The notes under the pieces are model-generated. The model saw nothing but the letters and a program-made list of their open reading frames with translations. It had not been told where the DNA came from and did not search any database. Below are positions 49,662 through 58,800 of a DNA stretch of 64,000 nt, in pieces. The stretch is from Deltaproteobacteria bacterium (GTDB lineage Bacteria > Myxococcota_A > Polyangia > Fen-1088), in the NCBI GenBank assembly GCA_033763315.1, contig JANRKS010000031.1, positions 64,001 through 128,000 of the forward strand. The letters run 5' to 3'. Both the position numbers and the translations under genes were made by a program. Numbering within the stretch: the stretch's first letter is position 1; the number at the start of each line of letters is the position of its first letter.

Positions 49662-51365
49662 GTGGACGCTTACAAAATCCGGTTGTCGTTGATCCTGAGC
49701 TGTTGTGGAATCATCGCGGGTTGCAGTGGGCAAGTGAGTTCGCGAGACAGCCCCGGCTCTGATGACGACGACCCCAGATCTCCGTTGGGTGGCGGCGGCG
49801 CCAATGGCGGCGCGGGCAACGCCGGCAATACGACCACGCCCGCCGCCTGTGGCTTTGCGCCCGTGCGGTTGTGGAAACTAACCCCCACGCAGTACGCAAA
49901 CACGGTCAAGCAGCTGATGCCAGAGGCGTCGGTGCCGCTTGCGGATCTGAAGAAAACATCCGTGACTGTGGGCGCGTTCAGCAATGATTCGCGCTCAGTC
50001 GACGTATCGCAGCCTCACGTCGAGACCCTACTCGCCAGTGCCACGGCTTTAGCCACACAGATATTGCCTCAGGCAAGTAAGGTGGCGTCTTGCCTCGCCA
50101 CGAAGCCGGCCACCGAGGCTTGTTTGCGTACCACGCTCACAACCTTTGGCGCTCAGGCTTTTCGCAGGCCACTGACGTCGACTGAGATGGACGCTTACGT
50201 CAACTTCTACAAGAAGGAGAGCGCAAGCGGAGGGAACGACGTTGGCCTCAAGCAATTCTTTCGCGCTCTGTTTATCTCGCCCCATTTTCTTTACCGCACT
50301 GAGCTTGGTGATGAGACGCAGGCCAGCGGCGGAAAGACGACGCTGACGGCTTACGAACGCGCGTCGGCTCTGGCGTATTTTCTCACCGATGGTCCGCCGG
50401 ACCAGGCGCTCAGCGACGCGGCCGCGAAGAAGAAGCTTGAAAGCGCGGCTGACCTGGAATTGCAAGCGCGGCGGCTTTTGCAAACGCCTGAGGGGAAAAG
50501 GGGGCTCGTGAAATTTGTTGCCGAGCAAATGCGCGCCGACGATGTGCGCACGGCCAACAAAGACGCGTCGCTTACGGCATGGTCGTCGGAACTTGCTTCC
50601 GACTTGGCCAATGAAACGAGTTTGTTCCTGGAACACGAACTCTTCGCGGGCGGCGGAAAGCTCGTAGATCTGTTGACCAGCAAGACATCGTTCGTCAACG
50701 AACGCGTGGCCAAACATTATGGCGTCTCCGGCGTAACTGGCTCCAACTTCAAGCAAGTCACGTTGCCCGAAGCCCGCCAGGGCCTGTTAGGCAAGGCCAG
50801 CTTCTTAGCGGCACGGGCGCAGCCCAATGAAACGTCGATTGTCAAACGTGGTCGCTTTGTCCGGGAACACTTGCTTTGCCAATCGATTCCCTCTGCACCG
50901 CCGGAGCTGGCCAACGTCGCGATCCCGCCCAAGCCTGACGGGGTTCACACCCAACGTGAACGCATAGATGAACACTCAAAGAATCCCGTTTGCGAAGGTT
51001 GCCACAAATTCATGGACCCGATCGGTTTTGCCTTTGAAGAATTCGATACCCTCGGTCAGTGGCGCAGCAAAGGCGTGACAGGAAAATCGATCCCCACGGA
51101 CGGCGTTGTGTTCAGCAACACAGACACACCCGACCGTTCATTTGCGAACTTGGCGGCTTTGAATACAACGCTTGCCGACTTGCCAGAAACACGAAGCTGC
51201 TTTGCTCAGCAGATGTTCTTGTACGCCCAAGGCCGCGAGCCCGACGCTGCGGATAAGTGCACGTTGGTCGAGCTCACAGACGCGTTCACCAAGAGCGGAG
51301 GCGACATAAAGGAGCTTGCCGTGAAGATGGTGACATCCGAAACCTTCGTGACCCGAATCAAGTGA
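49662..51365 (+). CDS. DUF1592-type (PSD/PSCyt3) heme-c lipoprotein (copy C)
   Basis: Lipobox IIAGC; LWKLTPTQYANTV; SPHFLYRTE; SIVKRGRFVREHLLC; CEGCH..DPIGFAFEEFD. Confidence 0.9.
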   Translation: MDAYKIRLSLILSCCGIIAGCSGQVSSRDSPGSDDDDPRSPLGGGGANGGAGNAGNTTTPAACGFAPVRLWKLTPTQYANTVKQLMPEASVPLADLKKTSVTVGAFSNDSRSVDVSQPHVETLLASATALATQILPQASKVASCLATKPATEACLRTTLTTFGAQAFRRPLTSTEMDAYVNFYKKESASGGNDVGLKQFFRALFISPHFLYRTELGDETQASGGKTTLTAYERASALAYFLTDGPPDQALSDAAAKKKLESAADLELQARRLLQTPEGKRGLVKFVAEQMRADDVRTANKDASLTAWSSELASDLANETSLFLEHELFAGGGKLVDLLTSKTSFVNERVAKHYGVSGVTGSNFKQVTLPEARQGLLGKASFLAARAQPNETSIVKRGRFVREHLLCQSIPSAPPELANVAIPPKPDGVHTQRERIDEHSKNPVCEGCHKFMDPIGFAFEEFDTLGQWRSKGVTGKSIPTDGVVFSNTDTPDRSFANLAALNTTLADLPETRSCFAQQMFLYAQGREPDAADKCTLVELTDAFTKSGGDIKELAVKMVTSETFVTRIK

Positions 51366-51376
51366 AAGAGGACATC

Positions 51377-52642
51377 ATGCCGTTTGTTAGCCGTCGATCT
51401 TTACTTCGTGGTCTTGCCTTGGGCGCCAGCACGTCTATGTTCCGGCCCTTGTTGAAGGAGTTCATCCGCGAAGCCCGCGGCGAGGCAGGCCCCGCCAAGC
51501 GTTTGGCCTTTGTGTTCGGACAGTACTCGTTTCCACGCAAGTACATGGATCCCAAGATCCGCACCGCAACCGATTTCGACCTGAACCCAGCCACATCACC
51601 CTTGGCACCCTTCAAATCGGAACTCACGCTGATCCGCAACCTGGGGGCGCCGCAAGGCCCCGGAGCCAATGGGGGCCACGGCCAAGACGAAGGCGTTTAC
51701 CTTGGCCTCGGCACGCAGTTCGGGTGGACAGGATCAGATTGGGCCACCAACGTTGGCAAAGACGGAACCATTGATCGCTTCATCGGCAAGCGCATCGGCG
51801 CGAGCGATAAATTCTCATCGCTTTCGTTCCGGCCCGGCGGCCGACCCTTGTTGCCCGTTGATTACACAAGCTGGGATGGCGATGACCAACCTTATCCAGC
51901 CTTTGCAACGCCGCTTGATGCGTATGACAAGATTTTTGGCGGCGCGATGTTGCCGCCAGGTGCGCCGCCGGTGGACACCACGGCGCTGTTAAAACAGGAT
52001 CAATCTTTGCTCGACTTTACAGTGGGCGAGATCAAGGTTCTGGAAAGCCGATTGGCGGCGCCTGAGAAGGAGAAGCTGGGTAAGTTCACCGAGTCCCTGC
52101 GCGCGGTTGAAAAGAAGCTAACGGCGGTGGCTATGGCTCCCGTGGTTTCGTGCGAGAACCCCGCCAAGCCTGCGGCCACGCTGGCGCGGCAACAAGCGGT
52201 GGAGGCGCAGGTTGACATCGCGGCCATGGCGTTGGCGTGTGGCCTTTCGCATGTTTCAGCAATGAATGTGGGCCCCGACAACCACGACGCCAACCATGAA
52301 GACGCGCCTTCCGTAGGCACGGACAACACCTGGCGCTTACAACAAACGGCGAAGCTCTTTGGCAAGCTCAAGGAGCTGGGGCTCGGCGATTCATCGCTGG
52401 TGCTATACAGCGACTCGAACGGGCTCGATCACCACGGCGGCCGCGATCAAGGCTATTTCTATTGGGTCCTGGGCGGCTTAGGGGGGCGGCTGAAAACGGG
52501 TCGCATCTTGGATTTGCCTGCCTCGCGTCCCTACCTGGGCGATTTCTACGTGTCGTTGGCCAATCTGATGGGCTTGCAAGACGTCTCCCGCTTCGGCCTG
52601 CCAGAGCTCTCGAAAGGCGCCTTAACGGCGTTCTCTGGTTAA
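51377..52642 (+). CDS. DUF1552 family protein, Tat-exported (copy C)
   Basis: SD GAGGA; VSRRSLLRG; TIDRFIG; SLLDF..ESLRAVEKKL; ALACGLSHV; NHDANH. Confidence 0.85.
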   Translation: MPFVSRRSLLRGLALGASTSMFRPLLKEFIREARGEAGPAKRLAFVFGQYSFPRKYMDPKIRTATDFDLNPATSPLAPFKSELTLIRNLGAPQGPGANGGHGQDEGVYLGLGTQFGWTGSDWATNVGKDGTIDRFIGKRIGASDKFSSLSFRPGGRPLLPVDYTSWDGDDQPYPAFATPLDAYDKIFGGAMLPPGAPPVDTTALLKQDQSLLDFTVGEIKVLESRLAAPEKEKLGKFTESLRAVEKKLTAVAMAPVVSCENPAKPAATLARQQAVEAQVDIAAMALACGLSHVSAMNVGPDNHDANHEDAPSVGTDNTWRLQQTAKLFGKLKELGLGDSSLVLYSDSNGLDHHGGRDQGYFYWVLGGLGGRLKTGRILDLPASRPYLGDFYVSLANLMGLQDVSRFGLPELSKGALTAFSG

Positions 52643-52751
52643 CGACAGATTCTGGCAGGAGGCGGCCAATACGCATCTCGAATTGAACACTGACTGCATT
52701 TCTTCCTGGCGCGGGACTCGATCTTATCTTTGGGGAGATGATCGCTCATTC

Positions 52752-53270
52752 TTACAATCGCCAGCGTGTGCTTAGATCAGAAAGCCGGGAACGGGCCCCG
52801 TTCCGCTTCCGGGGTTCTCGCCAAAACTCCGCGTCCGGCAGGCCCATCGTATTGCACATGGTAACCAGCATGCGCGAATGGCACGTGCCATCGGGCATAT
52901 GCAAGTACTGCCCCGTGCGCAGGCCCAAGTTCTTTCCGCCGAACGTGAACCAAATCAGCTTTTGGTTCAGCGAATGCCCTGGGCCAATCTCGCTGCCCAC
53001 CAGCACCCACGTGTTGTCCAGCATCGTGCCAGCGCCTTCGGGAATGCTTTGAAGTTTCGTGAGTGCTTCGGCCACCAAGCCGTGCGTGAAAGTCTTGAGC
53101 GTGTCCCACGACTCGTCCTCAAGATGCGACAGACTGTGGAAGGTGACGTCAGGTCGGTTCACGGGTGCAAAACCGCAGCCCGGAAACTTCGTGCCTTGAC
53201 CACGCAACATCAAGGTTGCGACTCGCGTGAGGTCACACGCGAACGCCGCAACTATGTGCATCCGGCACAA
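52752..53270 (-). pseudogene. DUF1552 C-terminal remnant
   Basis: AFACDLTRVATLM..FHSLSH..EGAGTMLDNT. The N-terminal half is missing, and an extra base in an A4 run (52823-52826) shifts the family-like end EFGENPGSGTGPVPGFLI* out of frame. Confidence 0.8.
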
Positions 53271-53415
53271 GTGGGGAAATATCGCTCGTCTCTGATGTCT
53301 AGGCTAGGCAGCTGCGACGGAGCTTTGCAGGATGCGCTAGCGGCCCGGGGAGCCGAGGCCATGGCCAAGCGGCCTTCCAGCGTGCGGATGGAATCAAGTT
53401 AAGGGTGGCCGGATC

Positions 53416-53994
53416 GTGTCCACCTTGGACGCAGGGCTGCAGCGCAGACTGGAATCTGTCGTGCCTCGCGATTTGGCTGCGCTCGGGGGGGCCTTGCAAG
53501 CGGGTCTCGTTGTCATTACGCCGAGCGATGGTCGGGTGCGCGCGCTGTTGGGAGGGCTTGGCACAACAGATATCGCCAACAGCCACGTGAATATCGTTGT
53601 GTCAAAGCGACATCCGGGATCAGCGCTTAAGCGCTTCGTTTACGCTTTGGCACTTGAACAAGGCCACTCTCCGGCTTCGATTGCAGCAGATAGCAAAGAT
53701 GTGGCTTCATCCTGGCAGCCTCACCACTGGCCCAAAGCAATAGGGTTCGTGCGCTATCGCGAAAGTTTGGCGGGCTCAATGAACCTTGCGGCCGTTCATG
53801 TTCTGGAGGATGTAGGAACCGAAGCGCTGGTCGACCGCTTGCGGACAGCGGGTTTGGGGGCGTTGATTGATTCGCAAGGCCGGCCGCCTGGTCCCAATTG
53901 GGCACTGGGCACTCGTGCCGTAAGCTTGCTGGACTTGGGGAATAGGGCCACGATAACTGCCAGGGTCGATCACGAACGTCCAGGCGCCACGTAA
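53416..53994 (+). pseudogene. Fragment of a class A PBP (PBP1C-like) transpeptidase domain
   Basis: STLDAGLQ..GRVRALLG..RHPGSALKRFVYALALEQG (SxxK) and SMN (SxN); no transglycosylase domain and no KTG motif. Confidence 0.75.
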
Positions 53995-54067
53995 CGCACT
54001 ACTTCAGGGGAGGGGCTGACCTATCGATAACTTCTTCGGAAGTCGTTGTTCACTGACTCGAGATTCG

Positions 54068-55861
54068 ATGACAAGAATTTTTCGATCCAAGCGGAACTTG
54101 CAACCGTTCAGCTCGTGTCTTTCGGCATGCGCCGCTGTATCGGGATTTCTGAGCTTCTTCGTGTCTTCAAACGCTTTCGGAGTTCTCGGTCTCGCGTATC
54201 CGGAGAATCCCGTGCGAACGCCTGCGACCGAGCTGCGCCCATTCCTCATCGAACCAACAGCCCCGCTTGAGAACGCCTGGTACCGGGTACGATCGTGTGT
54301 CGATGCGCAGCGGCGAATCACGATTGCAGACGATCCCTTTTCACATAGGGCGTGTACCGTTGTCGCAACCGCACAGCCAGACGGTGCAGGAAACTTTACG
54401 GCGCCGCCTTTGCGCTCTGCGCTCGGATCTGAAACGGATGCTTTTGCCGAGGTTTCAGCGTACCACCACGTAGGCCGCGCCCTGGCTTACTTTCACGCGC
54501 GCCTGCCTGCTGCGCAGCCAGTGCTTAGGTCGCCGATCGACGTCATCGTGTCGGCGCGCATCGCGGGCACGCTCATCGGCTCATCAGTCGACGATTTAGT
54601 GCCGTTTGGCGGCGCGCGCTACGTCAGTCGTGCACTCGTTGAAGGTGAAAGCTTTCGCGCCTACTATGACTCGCAGCGCAGTTTGATTTGGCTTGGCGTT
54701 GGTCCCAATACCAACTGGGCATACGACGGCGATGCAGTCATGCATGAGACGGTGCACGCCGTATTTGATCAGGAGCAACGGTTGGGCGGATACGCGCTAA
54801 GTCCCGAAGGGCTGTCGGCCGATCCACAAGCTTTGTCTGAGGCTCTTGCCGACTATTTCACCGCTGCCATCGCGGGCGACGCCAACATCGCCGAATTTGC
54901 GCTTGGAGGTACGGTGAACGGACGGGATCTGGCTCTCTCGAACACGCACTATCCCCAGCTCACCAAAGATGTCTACGCGGAAAGCCTTGCGTTTTCGGGC
55001 GCACTTTGGCGGGTTCGATCGCAACTTCAGCCCGTTGTCGATTCTTTCGACGTTGCCGTGATGGATACCGCACGCGCAATGCTGACAGCGAGCGTGAGCG
55101 GCGATGTGTTCATGCAAGCGTTGGATGCTTTGTTGCGTGAGCGCGGGCTCGCGGAGGCTGCTCATCTGTTGCGGCGCGAAATGTCCGAACGGGGCGTTTG
55201 GCCTCGGAAGCCGCGGGTGTTGCCGTTGGCCGAAGGCGCAGAAGTGCGGTCAGCAACAGGTTTTGTTGCGCCGGGGCGAAAGCATGTGCCGCAGTCAAAT
55301 GTCGTACCGGGTTTATTCACGGCCGTTGTTGATCTCCCTGCGGATGCACTGCAGATGCGGCTTGACGTTCGAGTTACAACCTTTCAGCGCGTGTTCTGGG
55401 GGAATGAACGCGGCACCGATGCGCAATTGGTTGCCTTGGTTTCGTGGGACGATTCGGATTTCGTTGCGCTGCCCAACAAAGAACTCGCTGTTTCGGTGGT
55501 ACGCCACGCACTTGATGGACCCGTGATTGTCACAGTCCCTTTGCACGCGACCCGTGCCTTCGTTCAGATCGGCAACGCTGGTGATGAAGACGGAGCCTTC
55601 GAAGGCTTGACGGTGTCGTTTCCAAGCATGGACGAATTAAGAAAGGCAGAAGGTGGTTGCAGCTTCGCGGGGGGGCGCCCCCGTAAAGTCGGGCTTGCCG
55701 TCGTGGTGCTTGGGGGGCTGGCCATCGTCGCGCTGGTCCTAAAGCGCCGCCGTGCAGCCGCCGTTGTTACGAGTCCACCCCATGACACTCTCGGCGCTCC
55801 ACCCGCGAAACCGACTCCTGTCCCTCATTCTGACCACGTTGCCTTTGGCCGCGTGCAGTGA
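54068..55861 (+). CDS. Zinc metallopeptidase (M4/M36-like) with MYXO-CTERM-type anchor
   Basis: AYDGDAVMHETVH (HExxH); ALSEALADYF; FSGALW; GGCSFAGG..hydrophobic..KRRR. Confidence 0.8.
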   Translation: MTRIFRSKRNLQPFSSCLSACAAVSGFLSFFVSSNAFGVLGLAYPENPVRTPATELRPFLIEPTAPLENAWYRVRSCVDAQRRITIADDPFSHRACTVVATAQPDGAGNFTAPPLRSALGSETDAFAEVSAYHHVGRALAYFHARLPAAQPVLRSPIDVIVSARIAGTLIGSSVDDLVPFGGARYVSRALVEGESFRAYYDSQRSLIWLGVGPNTNWAYDGDAVMHETVHAVFDQEQRLGGYALSPEGLSADPQALSEALADYFTAAIAGDANIAEFALGGTVNGRDLALSNTHYPQLTKDVYAESLAFSGALWRVRSQLQPVVDSFDVAVMDTARAMLTASVSGDVFMQALDALLRERGLAEAAHLLRREMSERGVWPRKPRVLPLAEGAEVRSATGFVAPGRKHVPQSNVVPGLFTAVVDLPADALQMRLDVRVTTFQRVFWGNERGTDAQLVALVSWDDSDFVALPNKELAVSVVRHALDGPVIVTVPLHATRAFVQIGNAGDEDGAFEGLTVSFPSMDELRKAEGGCSFAGGRPRKVGLAVVVLGGLAIVALVLKRRRAAAVVTSPPHDTLGAPPAKPTPVPHSDHVAFGRVQ

Positions 55862-58800
55862 TTCCGGTGAGGAGGCAACACCGCAACCTCCAAAGCCCCC
55901 CGAAGAAGAACTAAAGGAAGTGGCCTGGGATCCCCAGTTCGCGCCGGATCTCAATACCCTCAAGCCACGGCCAGGCGTCGTTCCGGCCACTGCTCAAGAA
56001 CAAGCGATGGCTGTGGTCAAGGCGGATTCCCTCGAGTTCCCGATGGGCGCAACGTCTGTCATGGACTGGCAGCCAGGCAAGATCGTGGCTGCTGCTGCGG
56101 GCGGACCAACCAACCCCCTTGGCTTCGCACGCAAGGTTGTCAAGGTTGAGATCGCCGATGGAAAAGTTGTGGTGCAAACGGCCCCCGTTCAATTCTGGGA
56201 CGTGGTTGAAGGTGAGTTGCGGGTTCGTGGTGACACGCAAGGTGACGAAGTGGACGTGTCACAGCTGGACCCAGCGTGGGTGATGGACAACCTCTATCCC
56301 GAGGCCGATCTGCATTTGCCTCCGATTCCTCAATTGCGTGACAATCCCACGTTGCTCGGGCCGACGCCGGCTCTGCCCGGCAGCGGCCTTTGCTGCGGGC
56401 TCGACAGTGGTGGAGCCGCGGCCAAATCGCTCGATTCTCAGCTGAACGCTTTTGAGACCGGAATGGAGATGGCCAAAGAGGCGGACGCAGGCACATCGAT
56501 GATGGAGATGCCTTCGGGCTTTCGAGCTGAGGTCGAGCGCTTGGGCGAGTTCGGTTTAAGGGGAAGGGTTGCTTTTAATAGCGAGGTCACGCTGCTGGAC
56601 TTCGAGCGCACGTTGTTTAAGGACTGGACCTTCAAGAAGAAGATCTCAAAACGTGTGCCGTTGGAGGTGTTTCTCAAGGGCACCGCGTCGATTCGAGGTC
56701 GATTGAAGATCAATCCTGGATTTCAGGTTTCTCTGGGAGCAGCGCTCGACAAAGTAAACCTGGCGACCGGAACTGCGAACGTTACGGCTTACCTCAAAGC
56801 TGCCGTTGACACGCGCGTCACCGCGATGGCCGGAATCAAGGCCAAGCTCGAGGCGGGAATCGCTGGCGCAGACCTGGGGTCGGGATTTGAGGTGGGGAAG
56901 CAACTTGAAAAGTCGCTTGAGAGAGGCACAGAGGCTGCGCAGAACGCATTGAACGATCTGCGGGAAGATCTCTTCGAGAACAAGGACAGCAAGCCCGAGG
57001 GTATGGTGAAGAAAACGTTGTGGCGCTCTAGGCCCAAGGTGATTCATGCCCAAGCGGGGCCCGTGCCGGTCGAGATCACCGCGACCTTGCAACTTGATCT
57101 CTACTGCAGCTTTCAAGCGAAGGCGTCTATCGACGCCGACGTTGAACTCAACTCATCTGTCCGCATCAGGCAAGCGCTTCTTTTGGTGCCGTTCGCGCCT
57201 GAAGGAAAAAAGCTTGTCTTGGAATCAGAGGAGCCAGAAACCAGCTTCACGAAGAAAGTTGAAATCCTGGGGAGCGGCGAGATTTCGGTTGGGTGCGGCT
57301 TGGCACCTCGAATCAACATCCTCGTTTACGACGGCATCGGTGTGTACGCCGGCGCGCGTGGGGGTCTTGAGGCCACGGCAGCGTTTGAATCGAAGTGCCA
57401 CGAAACTCGGACTCAGCCCAAAGGAGAAGCTTCGGTCACGCTCAAGGCCAAGGCTGGGGCCTTTGTGGGTGGCCGCATTCAAGTCCCCGGATCGAGTTTC
57501 GCGGGAAAACTTGGGCTTAAGCTTGGCTACGACACCCCCGAACTCGAACCATGGAACGACGAATGGGAGCTTTGGAAGAAGACCTGGGATGTGGACAAGG
57601 GTATCGGATATTGCACGCCGTTGTGTTCGAACAAAGCGCTCGACGACGTAGAAAAAAAGAAGGGCAAAGAAACGGATATCGACTGCGGCGGCGGCGCTTG
57701 CTCGGCGTGCGTGTCAGGAAAGAAGTGTGTCGAAGATAGCGACTGCGTTCGCGGGGCGAACTGCACCAATGGTGTTTGCGGCGTTTCAACGTGTGCGAAC
57801 GGTCGCAAAGATGGCCGTGAGACCGACGTCGACTGCGGAGGCTCATGCCAAGCTTGTGCGACTGGAAAAAGTTGTGTCTTTGGCGTTGACTGTGCGTCGT
57901 ACTTTTGTTCGCAAAAGGCGAAGCTGTGTGTCGCTTCGAGTTGCGAAGACGGCATCCAATCGGCGCTTGAGTCCGACGCGGATTGCGGAGGTCCGCTGTG
58001 CGGAAAGTGTGAAGCAAACAACTTCTGCCGCGAGGATTCTGACTGCAAGCAGGTGTGTGATGGGTTGCGTTGCGTCGAGAACGCATGCGAAGACCGTCGC
58101 CAAAACCAGAACGAATCCGACGTTGATTGTGGCGGCACATCCACCTGCTTCCGCTGCGGCACCTTTCGCAAGTGCAAGCAACCGAGCGATTGTCAATCGG
58201 GACTTGTCTGCTCTTCGTTAAGCTCGGGATCGGGAGAGATGGTTTGCATTGAGCCACCCCCGGCCTCGTGTTTCGATGGCGAAATGAACGGCATCGAGTC
58301 CGATGTTGATTGTGGTGGTAGTTGCGCTGCAAAGTGCAGGGTGTCCAATCGATGCAAGGTCAACGAGGATTGTGAGACTCTGAGCTGCTTTCAGAATCGA
58401 TGCGCGGTTCCCAACTGTTTCGACGGCATCAAAAACGGCTTCGAATCGGATGTCGATTGCGGACCGTCGTGCCCGCAACGATGTCCCGCCGATGCAAAGT
58501 GCACGACGGGATCGGACTGCGCATCCAGCCTGTGCATGGATGGAACCTGCCGCGGTCGCTACAAACTGTCTCTCGATGTCAGCGGGCTCAAGGGCGAGGT
58601 TGTGTTGAGCGTAAATGGAGGAACGCGAGTTGTTCAAACGCCGGGTGTGGTGTTCGTGCAAGAACTATATCGGGGCAATCCTTTCGACGTCAAAGTGATC
58701 ACGCCTGCCAACGGGCAAACGTGTATGGTTACCGATGGCATAGGTATCGTCGACAAGGCAGATGTTGTCGTGAGAGTCACCTGTTCGGATGTGCTCTATA

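Noticed and set aside
52700-52725. GGCGCGGGACTCGA as an att copy of the tRNA 3' end
   Set aside because: The match to TAGGCGGGACAGGGATTGAAC is too poor.
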